Position numbers and translations under genes: made by a program
Source: Candidatus Vogelbacteria bacterium RIFOXYD1_FULL_51_18
Lineage (GTDB): Bacteria; Patescibacteriota; Minisyncoccia; Phycocordibacterales; UBA9988
Reading direction: 5' to 3'
DNA length: 64,000 nt
NCBI GenBank assembly: GCA_001823095.1
Contig: MHTL01000012.1
Location: forward strand, 1,035 to 65,034
In this document: piece after piece, positions 20,003 through 31,674 of the stretch
Position numbering within the stretch: the first letter of the stretch is position 1
Layout: the number at the start of each line of letters is the position of its first letter
The notes under the pieces: model-generated
Told to the model about the DNA's origin: nothing
The model's input: only the letters and a program-made list of their open reading frames with translations
Databases searched by the model: none

Positions 20003-20925
20003 ACCTTAAGGTAGCGTGAGAGAGCAACAAAGCTTGAGACAATACCCAGCGCAATCCCGAGCCCCAAAAGCGAGAGGAAGAGCCGCCCAAAATCCGCCAC
20101 GTAGTAGGCAAAGATGTTGAGGCCCCCAAAGGCGCTCTCTGTGCTCCGTCCGAGCCAGAAGGTTGCCGGGTACAGGAGCGCCGCCGCAAGGATGGCCGAG
20201 ACGATGCCGTACATGGCTCCCTGCATCATAAAGGGGCCACGCACAAGGTTGTTCCCCGCGCCGACAAGCTTCATAACCGAGATTTCATCCCGCGCAGTGT
20301 AGAGAGCAAGCGAGATGGTGTTTACGGTAACCATAATGGACATGATGGCAAGTGTGAGCGCAATGGTGGCGCCCACTCGGCGCGTGTAAGAAAGAATAGT
20401 GTTCATACGCTCAATAACAATTTTGTTCTGGCGGTAGTTCACTTTCTCTATGATGTTCTCGCCGCCCGGCGAGAGCGCGGTGTCGCCTTCCAGAAACTTG
20501 CTCACGCTCTCGTACTGCGAGAGTTCTTTTGCTTTAATATTGAGGCTCGCACGCAGAGGGTTCCCACCCACCTCCTCAAGCGCGGCAAGCATCACCGCGT
20601 CGTCCTTGTGCCGCTCCCTGAAAGCCAAGAGCGCCTGCTCGCGCGTAACGTATTCAACGCGGTTCACTTCGGGGAGCGTCTCGAGGGATTTTTTGAGCGC
20701 CAGAATATCCGGCTCTTGCGCGTCTATGGTAAAGTAAAGGGTCACATCCACTTTCTCTTTGACCGTCTCAAGAAACGAAGAAAGAAAAACGTTTCCCACC
20801 ATAAGAGCGCCAACCACGGAGAGCGTAATGAGCATGGCAAAGATTGCCGCAAGCGACACGGTGCCGTTGCGCCAAAAACCGATGAACCCCGACCGCATCA
20901 TCCTCCGTGTGTATGACCAAATCAT
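19999..20925 (-). CDS. ftsX: Cell division permease FtsX
   Basis: Four TM segments with a large loop, NTISLALYTARDEISVMKLVGA; follows ftsE; start set at ATG 20925. Confidence 0.92.
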   Translation of the reverse strand: MIWSYTRRMMRSGFIGFWRNGTVSLAAIFAMLITLSVVGALMVGNVFLSSFLETVKEKVDVTLYFTIDAQEPDILALKKSLETLPEVNRVEYVTREQALLAFRERHKDDAVMLAALEEVGGNPLRASLNIKAKELSQYESVSKFLEGDTALSPGGENIIEKVNYRQNKIVIERMNTILSYTRRVGATIALTLAIMSIMVTVNTISLALYTARDEISVMKLVGAGNNLVRGPFMMQGAMYGIVSAILAAALLYPATFWLGRSTESAFGGLNIFAYYVADFGRLFLSLLGLGIALGIVSSFVALSRYLKV

Positions 20926-20932
20926 AGCTGTA

Positions 20933-21613
20933 TTATAAAACGTATTTGCCGTGTTCGTCATCGCGGGTAATGCGACCGTTCTCCAGCGTAATCACGCGCT
21001 TTTTGAGCGAGTCAATAACTCCCTTGTTGTGTGTGGTGAGAATGACCGTTGTGCCGAGGTCATTGATTTTTTTGAGAATCTGCACAATCTCAAAGGTATT
21101 GAGCGGGTCAAGGTTGCCCGTCGGCTCATCGGCAATAATGAGGTCAGGCTGATTGACGATGGCGCGCGCAATAGCCACGCGCTGTTTCTCGCCGCCAGAC
21201 ATCTCGCGTGGGAAGCTCCAAATTTTCTGCTTAAGCCCCACAAGATCAAGCGCATGCGGCACATCCGCCTCAATCTCCGCATCACTGCGACCCGCCGCCT
21301 CCATGGCGAAAGAAATATTCTCAAAAGCGGTCTTGTCCGGTAGGAGCCGGAAGTCCTGGAAGATACAGCCGATGCGGCGGCGCAGATGTGGGAGCTCGCG
21401 GCGTGGGAGCTCGTGCACATTTACCTTGTCAAAGAGGACCTGTCCGTCGCTCGGCTCGTCCTCAACAAGTATCAGTTTGAGGAGAGTAGACTTCCCTGCC
21501 CCTGACTGGCCGACAATGGAAAGAAATTCACCATGTCCCACCTCAAAACTTACCTTTTCAAGGGCTTTGGAATTGTCCGAATAGATTTTTGTTACCTTGT
21601 CAAAAACAATCAT
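20933..21613 (-). CDS. ftsE: Cell division ATP-binding protein FtsE
   Basis: GQSGAGKST, FQDFRLL, MSGGEKQRVAIARA, ADEPTGNLDP. Confidence 0.94.
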   Translation of the reverse strand: MIVFDKVTKIYSDNSKALEKVSFEVGHGEFLSIVGQSGAGKSTLLKLILVEDEPSDGQVLFDKVNVHELPRRELPHLRRRIGCIFQDFRLLPDKTAFENISFAMEAAGRSDAEIEADVPHALDLVGLKQKIWSFPREMSGGEKQRVAIARAIVNQPDLIIADEPTGNLDPLNTFEIVQILKKINDLGTTVILTTHNKGVIDSLKKRVITLENGRITRDDEHGKYVL

Positions 21614-22500
21614 AGTTTTTCTTCTGCCGCAATAAACTCGTCCAGCTCACCCTCCTTAAGCACTGCGTCCACATCATGGGTCTCCACCCCCGTCCGATGG
21701 TCTTTTACCATCTTGTATGGGTGGAGCACATAGGAGCGTATCTGATTACCCCATTCGGCTTCTGTCGTCTTGCTGATGTACATGTTCTCCACCTTCTTAA
21801 TACGCTCGTCCTGCAGCCTCCGATAGAGTTTGCCTCGCAGGATAGTAAGAGCTCGCTCTTTATTTTGTGCCTGTGAACGTTCGCTCTCGCAGTGCGCCGA
21901 GAGCTTGGTAGGGACATGCAGCACGCGCACTGCCGTCTCGCGCTTGTTCACGTTCTGCCCGCCGGGGCCGGATGATTTGGTGTACTCCACCTCAATCTCA
22001 TTCTCGGGGATTTCCACGTCTTCCACTTTGGTGAACTCCGGGATGATTTCCACCATCGTAAATGAGGTGTGGCGGAGCTTCTTGGCGTTAAAGGGCGAGA
22101 TGCGCACCAGACGGTGCACGCCAGACTCGCGCTTGAGCGTGCCATAAGCACCGGCCCCTTTGATCTCTGCCGTAATGTTGCGGTAGCCGCCATGGTCATT
22201 CTCATTCTCGTGCAACACGCGCATGTTCCATCCTCGCTTCCCTGCAAAACGCTCGTACATGTGAAAGAGCAATGCGGCAAAATCTTCTGCATCGTCGCCG
22301 CCGGCGCCGGCAAAGATAGTGAGAACGGCATTCCCTCTGTCGTAGGGCTCCATATCGCGCAATTCCGCCTTAAGGCGGCTATGCTCCTTGAGCACTTCCT
22401 GGGCACGATTCTTATCCTCCCAAAAGTGTGGGCCGGCCATCTGTGCTTCCACATCGGAAATTTTCTCGGTAAGCGCCTCCCGCACATCTCTCTCTGCCAT
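21610..22500 (-). CDS. prfB: Peptide chain release factor 2 (compact)
   Basis: GVHRLVRISPF (SPF), GPGGQNVNK, WGNQIRSYV; prfB-ftsE-ftsX synteny. Confidence 0.93.
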   Translation of the reverse strand: MAERDVREALTEKISDVEAQMAGPHFWEDKNRAQEVLKEHSRLKAELRDMEPYDRGNAVLTIFAGAGGDDAEDFAALLFHMYERFAGKRGWNMRVLHENENDHGGYRNITAEIKGAGAYGTLKRESGVHRLVRISPFNAKKLRHTSFTMVEIIPEFTKVEDVEIPENEIEVEYTKSSGPGGQNVNKRETAVRVLHVPTKLSAHCESERSQAQNKERALTILRGKLYRRLQDERIKKVENMYISKTTEAEWGNQIRSYVLHPYKMVKDHRTGVETHDVDAVLKEGELDEFIAAEEKL

Positions 22501-22582
22501 CCTTCGTATTATATACGAGTGAATCGCATCCGCAAAGCGCTTGAAATTGCCTCCATTGAGCCCTATACTGGTGGAGTTCCCT

Positions 22583-22655
22583 GCCGTTGTAGCTCAGTTG
22601 GTAGAGCACGCGCATGGTAAGCGCGAGGCCGGCAGTTCAATCCTGCCCAACGGCT
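22583..22655 (+). tRNA. tRNA-Thr(GGT)
   Basis: Acceptor GCCGTTG/CAACGGC, anticodon arm CGCGC-ATGGTAA-GCGCG. Confidence 0.95.
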
Positions 22656-22680
22656 TACTCTAGCCTCCAGTATCTAGAGT

Positions 22681-22753
22681 GCCACCTTAGCTCAGTTGGT
22701 AGAGCGGCGCATTCGTAACGCGCAGGTCCCCAGTTCAATCCTGGGAGGTGGCT
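22681..22753 (+). tRNA. tRNA-Thr(CGT)
   Basis: Acceptor GCCACCT/AGGTGGC, loop TTCGTAA (A31-C39 mismatch). Confidence 0.92.
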
Positions 22754-22765
22754 CAAGTCTAAGCA

Positions 22766-23890
22766 TCAGCGCACTGAGCGGTAGCCCCCGGGCACTCCAC
22801 CCTTGGAGAGGACAACCTGCCAGAGCTGGTTGTGGCGAGCTCGGAAGCTGCCTGCACAGGAGAGGAGGTAGTAGCTCCACATGCGGTAGAAGCGCTCGCC
22901 ATACTTCTCTTTAAGTTCTGGCCATGCGGATTTAAAATTGTGATACCAGACCATGAGTGTCTTATCGTAATCGGGTCCAAAGTTATGCCAATCCTCCATC
23001 ACGAAGAGCCCTTCAAGAGCGCCCCCAATCTGCGCGACCGAGGGGATTTCTCCCCCGGGGAAGATGTAGCGGTCAATCCAGGGGTCAGTGTTGTACTGCG
23101 TGATAGTAGCGCCAATTGTGTGAAGGAGGAAGAGTCCTCCCTGCGAGAGCATGCGCGACACAGCATCAAAAAATGTCCGATAATTTTTTTGCCCCACATG
23201 CTCAAACATACCGATTGAAGCAATCGCATCAAAGCGCTCCCCTGCCTCTGCGAGCCCGCGGTAATCAGCGAGGCGCACCTCAACCGGATATCCGGCAAGC
23301 CTTGTGTGCGCGAGCTCTGCCTGCGCCTTTGAAACGGTAATGCCAAGCCCCGCCGTACCGTAGCGTTCCGCCGCAAACTTAAGCAAACTCCCCCACCCAC
23401 AGCCAATATCTAAAAGACGCTGGCCTTTTTCTAGTTTGAGCTTGCGGCAGATGAGGTCTAATTTTTGCTCTTGCGCCTCGGCAAGGTTCTGGGCTTTCTC
23501 CCAATACGCGCAGGAGTAGACCATACGAGGGTCCAGCATGCGCTCAAAGAGATCATTGCCGAGGTCATAATGCGCGCGACCGATACTGAAAGCGCGCTGG
23601 AAGGACTGACGGTTCCTAAGGATCGACTTGAGTGCAAGGAGAATGAGCGATGGGCTCCAGGGGAGCTTCTCGTCAAGTTTTGCCGCGAGTACCTTAACGA
23701 AGAATTCATCCAAATGCTCGCAGTCCCACCAACCGTCCATGTAGGCCTCACCGAGTGCGAGAGAGCCTCCGCCGAGCGCCCGTGCAAAGAAGCGCTCATT
23801 GTAAACCGTAACATCCTGCGAACGAGAGCCTCCTATGGCCACATCCGCCTGTGCGAGCAGAGATTCAATTGTCGCTCGGGCTGACATCAT
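22766..23890 (-). CDS. cfa: Cyclopropane-fatty-acyl-phospholipid synthase
   Basis: LGEAYMDGWW, HYDLGNDLF, LDIGCGWG, SIGMFEHVG, RYIFPGG. Confidence 0.95.
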   Translation of the reverse strand: MMSARATIESLLAQADVAIGGSRSQDVTVYNERFFARALGGGSLALGEAYMDGWWDCEHLDEFFVKVLAAKLDEKLPWSPSLILLALKSILRNRQSFQRAFSIGRAHYDLGNDLFERMLDPRMVYSCAYWEKAQNLAEAQEQKLDLICRKLKLEKGQRLLDIGCGWGSLLKFAAERYGTAGLGITVSKAQAELAHTRLAGYPVEVRLADYRGLAEAGERFDAIASIGMFEHVGQKNYRTFFDAVSRMLSQGGLFLLHTIGATITQYNTDPWIDRYIFPGGEIPSVAQIGGALEGLFVMEDWHNFGPDYDKTLMVWYHNFKSAWPELKEKYGERFYRMWSYYLLSCAGSFRARHNQLWQVVLSKGGVPGGYRSVR

Positions 23891-23907
23891 TTTGCTCTGG
23901 TTCTGGG

Positions 23908-23980
23908 CGCGGCCGAAGGGAGTTGAACCCTCAATCTATCGCGTGACAGGCGATTGTGTTAACCGCTACACCACGGCCGC
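23908..23980 (-). tRNA. tRNA-Asp(GTC)
   Basis: Minus strand acceptor GCGGCCG/CGGCCGC, anticodon arm ATCGC-CTGTCAC-GCGAT. Confidence 0.94.
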
Positions 23981-24026
23981 AACGGCATTATCCTAACAAA
24001 AATGAACTGAAAGATACAGGATGCAA

Positions 24027-25050
24027 GTGCAGTATTCTTGAATTAGTCCGAACGCATTTTTCCGGAAAATTCCCCCCGCGAATCCGCCAGCTGGCGGACG
24101 GAAAGGCGGCGGAGTCGCACCGCTGACAATTTCAAGTTTTTCTTTGGCGGCATTCAATCCAAAAATTTATGGAGTGAATACTTAAAGAATAAAGAATTTT
24201 TATGAAAATTTCAATGTTTTCAAATATAGAAAAAGTACGAGCCCCAAGCAGAATTGAATTCCACGAGGGGCTCGGATTGTTGCGACAACGACTAGAAATC
24301 GTCGCAAAAAAAGATGACCGCTACCGCTGGCCAGATCCAGATTCCGATTCCTGCGAGAAACAGGAACCAGTACTGAACCCAAAGGTATCCCCCAGAGGGA
24401 CCCTCCAGTTCGCGGATGGTTCCACGAATGTCATCCAGCGCAACCTGGTAGGTCGTCTCGGTACGCGGAATATCCTTGACGGCCTCGAGTCGCGTGATGA
24501 TCGAGGAGATGGAACCATTCAACTTCGCCAGGTCATTCGCGGGAGTTTTGAAGATCAGGGCGGTGTGACCACGAGTCATGCCATGACGCTCCATCCCCGA
24601 CTTCAACTCCTTCATGTACTCCAACATGTCCGGCACGTCCGCAGCGACCTGTGCGCGATGGGCGACGGACTCCACGTCTCGGTTCAGTTGGTAGCCCTGA
24701 TTGATCAGGAAAATACCAACCAAAACCGACACGACCAACGAAACTATCAACGAGGTTTTCATGCGGTTCTCCTTTCAAGGTACTGGTTGACTGAATCAAG
24801 CCACCATGACTTGATTTCATGCTATCCTACCATAACAGGAGTTCTGTGTCAAGGGCAACAAAAAAACACCATCTCTGGTGCTTCTCGTTTCTTAACTCTT
24901 TGGATTAAAAAATTTTCTTCCCCCAAAATGCGAAACCGCCAATTCGTTTTTACCCCCAAAATTGAATACGAATTAGTCGCCGAGTCCGCCGAAAAGGCGG
25001 ATAAACTCCGCGAGGCGAACCCTTCAAACTTGCAATTTCCTACGTGGTGC
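24027..25050. mobile_element. Degenerate ~1-kb integrative element at a tRNA(CAT) 3' end; serine-recombinase 3' remnants at both ends
   Basis: GTGC at both ends; the right arm (...NLQFPTWC) and left arm (CSILELVRTHF...) join in frame; same geometry as the tmRNA island. Confidence 0.55.
24292..24762 (-). CDS. Hypothetical two-TM membrane protein (cargo of the mini-element)
   Basis: TM segments at both ends; SD AAGGAG and TTGACA-N17-TAGGAT upstream. Confidence 0.8.
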   Translation of the reverse strand: MKTSLIVSLVVSVLVGIFLINQGYQLNRDVESVAHRAQVAADVPDMLEYMKELKSGMERHGMTRGHTALIFKTPANDLAKLNGSISSIITRLEAVKDIPRTETTYQVALDDIRGTIRELEGPSGGYLWVQYWFLFLAGIGIWIWPAVAVIFFCDDF

Positions 25051-25121
25051 CGGGGGTGAGAATCGAACTCACGACCTTGGGTTTATGAGTCCCACGCTCT
25101 AACCAACTGAGCTACCCCGGC
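25045..25121 (-). tRNA. tRNA(CAT), probably elongator Met
   Basis: GCCGGGG...CTCATAA...CCCCGGCACCA; Met favoured over Ile2 because tRNA-Ile(TAT) is present at 47339. Confidence 0.88.
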
Positions 25122-25246
25122 AGCATATTATTTGATACTCTATTCTAAATTCTAACGCAAAAATCTCATTATCATCGACCCACTCCGCCAGCCGGCGGAT
25201 ACCCCGGCATACATATGACGTACAAATCATATAGTGCCACGGAACA

Positions 25247-25290
25247 CTGAAAAAGGCCAACCTACCGACTGGAGAATTGGCCTTTTTCAG
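25247..25290. terminator. Hairpin terminator downstream of tRNA-fMet
   Basis: CTGAAAAAGGCCAA...TTGGCCTTTTTCAG. Confidence 0.7.
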
Positions 25291-25293
25291 CTA

Positions 25294-25368
<75 letters not shown>

Positions 25369-25414
25369 ATATACGCGGGGCAAGCCCCGCAACAACCACA
25401 AGTGTAGCACAGGG

Positions 25415-25999
25415 TTATAGATAGTCAAATTCCTTAAAAACCCTTTCATAGAGGCCGACAATTCGGCGTGCTTCACGCTCGGAGAGCGGCAGGGCGCTCC
25501 CATCGTGCGCAATGCGGTTGCGCGCCTTATGCGCTTCCCATGCATCGTCCAAGCTTACAAAATCGCTCTTCTCAACCACCTTGAGTTTATCCCCCAAACT
25601 CGCACCGGGCAGATTCATGGTCCCCACAATTTCTCCAAGGATGCTATCTGCCTCAATAATCGCCATGCGCCAATCTGATTCGTTTGAGGAGCTTAACTTA
25701 TCCTGGATGAACTGCCACCGAGCTTCATTGGGAGTGCGGTTGCTCTCCACGGCAACATGTTCCATCTCCGCTTCTTCTGCTAGGGAGCGTGCCATATTAA
25801 GCTCACGGATTTTAAACGCCACCCATATCAGTCCCGCCGCAAGGAGGCCGGAGATAATAATCGCAAACACTTTATACCAATGGATTGTCTCTGCGACAGC
25901 AGGGAGCCGTGCAAGGTCGCCGTCAATAAAGGCAAGAAAAAGCCCCCGCAAAAACTGCATGAGCTTGTAGATATAATAAAAAATTGCGTCAATCACCAT
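25415..25999 (-). CDS. Hypothetical membrane protein
   Basis: TM segment followed by WRMAIIEADSIL...AWEAHKARNRIAHD; coupled to gatA; start uncertain. Confidence 0.75.
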   Translation of the reverse strand: MVIDAIFYYIYKLMQFLRGLFLAFIDGDLARLPAVAETIHWYKVFAIIISGLLAAGLIWVAFKIRELNMARSLAEEAEMEHVAVESNRTPNEARWQFIQDKLSSSNESDWRMAIIEADSILGEIVGTMNLPGASLGDKLKVVEKSDFVSLDDAWEAHKARNRIAHDGSALPLSEREARRIVGLYERVFKEFDYL

Positions 26000-27404
26000 C
26001 GATATCTTTCCCTATGCTAAAGAGCGCCGACTCACCGCAGTAGGGTGCAATGAGCTGGAAGCCAACAGGCAGGCCCGGCATGGTCTTCCCCGCAGGAATG
26101 GAGATGGCAGGGAGCTCGGCAATATTTGCCGGCACGGTAAAAATGTCTTCAAGATACATTTTGAGTGGGTCATCCGCCTTCTCGCCAATAGCAAACGCCG
26201 GCGAGGGCGTAGTGGGAATTGCAATGGCATCCACGGCGCGGAAGGATTCTTCAAACTCCCTGCGGATGACGGCGCGCACCTTGCACGCCTGCGCATAATA
26301 GGCGTCGTAGTAGCCGGCAGAGAGCACGTAGGTCCCAAGAATAATGCGCCGCTTTGCCTCGCGGCCGAATCCTGCGCCGCGAGTTTTAATATAATCCCCG
26401 TAAAGATCATCCCCGTCCACATGCAGCCCGTAGCGCACACCGTCAAAGCGCGCGAGATTTGTGGAGACTTCAGCCGGCATGATGATATAGTAAACGGCAA
26501 GCGAGTGTGTGATGGTGGGGAGTTCTATGTCACAGACCTTGTAGCCTTTGCCGCGAAGCGTCGTAAGTGTCTCTTCAAAACGCGCGAGTATTTTTGCATT
26601 CACTCCCTTTTCCAAGAAGCGCCGCGGGACACCAATTCGTTTTGCCCTTTTATTCTTTTTTTGGATTTGTGCGGGATCTAGTGTTGTTGAGTCCATCGGG
26701 TCGCGGCCGGCAATTGCCTCAAAGAGCAGTTCCGCGTCAGCAACTGTTTTTGCAAAGGGGCCAATCTGGTCCAGCGAGGAGGCCATCGCCATAAGCCCCG
26801 AGCGGGAGACTCTCCCATAGGATGGTTTGAGCCCCACCACGCCGCAGAAGGCGGCTGGCTGGCGGATTGAGCCGCCGGTGTCAGAGCCAAGCGCGGCAAG
26901 CGCCAGATTCCCCGCCACCGCTGCGGCAGAGCCGCCAGATGAGCCACCGGGAACGCGGCTTGTGTCATGGGGATTTTTTGTGGGTCCAAAAGCAGAATTC
27001 TCGGTTGAGCCGCCCATGGCAAATTCATCCATGTTGGTGCGTCCCAAGAGCACGGCTCCAGCCTCCTTTAACTTGCGGATAACCGTTGCATCATAGGGCG
27101 CGCGATATCCCTCAAGAATTTTTGACGCTGATGAAGCACGCCTCCCTTCAATCAAGATATTGTCCTTTACCGCGAGCGGGATGCCCGCGAGCGAGCCGAG
27201 CGCTTCACCCTTCGCTCTCCGCTCGTCAATACGAGAAGCTTGCTCTGCGCAATCATCAAAAACTTCAAGATATGCGTTCAAGCCAGCGTTTTCTCTCTCA
27301 ATTCGGGAGAGGTAGCTTTCTGTAAGTTCACGCGCAGAGAATTCACCGTGAGAGAGTTTTCTGCTCGCGTCAGTAATGGTGAGAGTTTCTAAAGCGATTG
27401 TCAT
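25989..27404 (-). CDS. gatA: Asp/Glu-tRNA amidotransferase subunit A
   Basis: AVKDNI, GRTNMDEFAMG, PGGSSGGSAAAV, GSDTGGSIRQPA. Confidence 0.97.
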   Translation of the reverse strand: MTIALETLTITDASRKLSHGEFSARELTESYLSRIERENAGLNAYLEVFDDCAEQASRIDERRAKGEALGSLAGIPLAVKDNILIEGRRASSASKILEGYRAPYDATVIRKLKEAGAVLLGRTNMDEFAMGGSTENSAFGPTKNPHDTSRVPGGSSGGSAAAVAGNLALAALGSDTGGSIRQPAAFCGVVGLKPSYGRVSRSGLMAMASSLDQIGPFAKTVADAELLFEAIAGRDPMDSTTLDPAQIQKKNKRAKRIGVPRRFLEKGVNAKILARFEETLTTLRGKGYKVCDIELPTITHSLAVYYIIMPAEVSTNLARFDGVRYGLHVDGDDLYGDYIKTRGAGFGREAKRRIILGTYVLSAGYYDAYYAQACKVRAVIRREFEESFRAVDAIAIPTTPSPAFAIGEKADDPLKMYLEDIFTVPANIAELPAISIPAGKTMPGLPVGFQLIAPYCGESALFSIGKDIDGD

Positions 27405-27405
27405 G

Positions 27406-27708
27406 CTACTTGGTGATAATTTTTTTTACTGAAATAGCGCCGCCTTTTGCGCGCGGAGCCATAGCAAGGAGCGCCTCGCTAAAAATTCCCGGTTCGTGAG
27501 CATCTCTGTCTTCACGCATTGTATTAGTACTTGCCCCGCCAATACTTGCAGGGCTCCCCCCATGGGGAACAGTAATCGCATCAGGCACAGTGACCGAACT
27601 TAGTTCAGAAACATAGGCAATGATAGAGCCAAGATCACGGGCAAGTGACTCTTTCTCCTGTACGGTGAGTTCTATGCGCGCAAGTCCTGCAAGGCGCTCT
27701 ACATCCAT
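27406..27708 (-). CDS. gatC: Asp/Glu-tRNA amidotransferase subunit C
   Basis: VERLAGLARIEL, NTMRED; directly upstream of gatA. Confidence 0.9.
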   Translation of the reverse strand: MDVERLAGLARIELTVQEKESLARDLGSIIAYVSELSSVTVPDAITVPHGGSPASIGGASTNTMREDRDAHEPGIFSEALLAMAPRAKGGAISVKKIITK

Positions 27709-27721
27709 GCCGTATATCCTA

Positions 27722-29737
<2,016 letters not shown>

Positions 29738-30373
29738 CTACTCCTGCTTAATCATTTTAACAGCTCGGTAAAGACTGTTTGGGATCGCCGTTCTGGGACT
29801 GGTGATGTTACAGATGTTTGAACCATATGCAGTAAACTTTGAGATGATATTATTAGCATTCTCAACTTTAACGATCGCGCAGGAGAGATACCCTCCCTTC
29901 CCACTTCCTGTTATAGGAAATATAAAGTAGATGTGTGAGGTAAGGGGTGTACCGTTGAAATCATCAGCATAAAGTACTGGCTTAAAGCCTGGTGCGCCAG
30001 AATCCCAGTCACCACATGGTACAGCGCCATCAGAGAAAACAGGATTATCATTTGTTAAAATTGATGCCCGGCATTTTTTTGGCGAATTATCTAACGGATT
30101 CGTCATCTCATTGCCGTCAACAATTGACACGGTGAGACATTTGAATACCGGTCTATGATTTTTAATCACAGCTGGATTATCATAATTATCCCAGAATCGA
30201 GCGCAGGATAAGCCTGAATCAGCGGCATAGTAGGCTTGGTATCCCTCAATGTCAAACCTGGATACTTTTAAGGAGCGCGCCACTATTGAGCTCATCAATA
30301 TGACCGCGAGGCTAACGATCATGGTCACCATGATTGCATAGTAGAGCGCAATTCCTTTGGATTTAATATACAT
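29738..30373 (-). CDS. PilX-like minor pilin
   Basis: KG|IALYYAIMV leader without Glu5; QAYYAADSGLSCA. Confidence 0.75.
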   Translation of the reverse strand: MYIKSKGIALYYAIMVTMIVSLAVILMSSIVARSLKVSRFDIEGYQAYYAADSGLSCARFWDNYDNPAVIKNHRPVFKCLTVSIVDGNEMTNPLDNSPKKCRASILTNDNPVFSDGAVPCGDWDSGAPGFKPVLYADDFNGTPLTSHIYFIFPITGSGKGGYLSCAIVKVENANNIISKFTAYGSNICNITSPRTAIPNSLYRAVKMIKQE

Positions 30374-31049
30374 ATGACCTGTAAAAGAATGTTGTAATTT
30401 CAGGTATTTTTACTTCCTTTCCCTTTTCAGACCAGTACACATTTGCACGAATCCGAGCTCCTTCTGCAACCTGTCGAGTTGCATCCAGATCCACTTTCTC
30501 AAAAGAAATTACCCGCCTAAACTTTGTCGTGGTCAAGCTTGAATTGCCCTGGATGTAACGAGGAGAAGTGTCTTGGTACACCGTGCAGTCATCTATACCG
30601 GAAGCTGCTACATTAACTGTGCAGAACTGCTCACTAAAGATGCTCCAGTCTCCACCTCCAGTTGGCTGGTAGATAGGAGTGCAAGGACCTTGAGCATCAG
30701 AAGAAACGCAACCATTACTGATGCTACCGCTCTCTGTCCAAATTACACAGCCCTCTTTGTGGTCGCTTGCATTAAACGCACATTCATTTATATCGTCACC
30801 TATGAGAATCCCCTCACCTTTGCTTAACACAAGGTTCTGTTTTAATTTTGCTATCCCCATTTCAAGGCCATCTTGCGCAAGATAGTAGGCTGTTGTCTCA
30901 TCACTTGCGCGGCGAATAGCGCCGAGATTTGTTGAAAATATATACAATGGCCCGATAATTCCTATGAGCAATATTGCGATCGCAACAAGGGTTTCAATTA
31001 GTGTAAAACCGGAATTAGTTTTTATGTTTTCAAAAGTAGTCTTTACCAT
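30363..31049 (-). CDS. Minor pilin (PilV-like)
   Basis: SG|FTLIETLVAIAIL; TAYYLAQDGLE. Confidence 0.82.
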   Translation of the reverse strand: MVKTTFENIKTNSGFTLIETLVAIAILLIGIIGPLYIFSTNLGAIRRASDETTAYYLAQDGLEMGIAKLKQNLVLSKGEGILIGDDINECAFNASDHKEGCVIWTESGSISNGCVSSDAQGPCTPIYQPTGGGDWSIFSEQFCTVNVAASGIDDCTVYQDTSPRYIQGNSSLTTTKFRRVISFEKVDLDATRQVAEGARIRANVYWSEKGKEVKIPEITTFFYRSYVY

Positions 31050-31672
31050 CGTGTTGTGATACTTGCCTGTATCGGCAGGCTAACTTTCTTCGAGCCGACC
31101 ATCTTTGAAAGAACAAGGGAAACCGTCAAGTATTGTGAATCATAATTAGGCTTTATGTTATTATAGAGAGTCTTGGGAAGGGCTCTGGACACATAAAACT
31201 TTGCTTCATCAACTTCAATTCCTGTGGAATTTAAATTCTGCCCCATTAACGGACTACTTTTAAAAATGAAAGATCGGAGGTAGTTGAGATCTTTTCCACT
31301 ACTATCATACTGATAGTAATAAAAATATGCCGTTGGTAATCCTGAAATAAAAGTGATTTGATCACTATTGGCTGGCATAGGACAACCCTGCCTTGACGTC
31401 GTATCGTCATTAAAATAGTCAGCTCCTCCAGGAAAGACGCACAATATTCTTGTCCCCTGCTTAATATCCCTCGCCCTTAACGAAATACTATCTAAAATAG
31501 TTGTCGCATTATCCATGAGCTCTTTTCGGGCAAGAATCTCACGATTGACTTGGGAAAGGAGGACGAGTGTGGAAGTGGTGAGAACTGCGATGACAACAAA
31601 AATAGTGATAGAAACCAAGAGCTCAATAAGTGTAAAACCTCGTATCTGTTTTTTAGAGCGTCTATACAGCAT
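31043..31672 (-). CDS. Minor pilin (PilW-like)
   Basis: RG|FTLIELLVSITIF; start set at ATG 31672. Confidence 0.82.
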   Translation of the reverse strand: MLYRRSKKQIRGFTLIELLVSITIFVVIAVLTTSTLVLLSQVNREILARKELMDNATTILDSISLRARDIKQGTRILCVFPGGADYFNDDTTSRQGCPMPANSDQITFISGLPTAYFYYYQYDSSGKDLNYLRSFIFKSSPLMGQNLNSTGIEVDEAKFYVSRALPKTLYNNIKPNYDSQYLTVSLVLSKMVGSKKVSLPIQASITTRW

Positions 31673-31674
31673 AT

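Noticed and set aside
24202-25059. 285-aa plus-strand ORF
   Set aside because: Mostly antisense to the 156-aa membrane gene; only the last ~50 codons resemble a recombinase remnant
25200-25209. TACCCCGGCA echo of the tRNA 5' end (25113-25122)
   Set aside because: Only 10 bp, beside a palindrome; too short to call an attachment site
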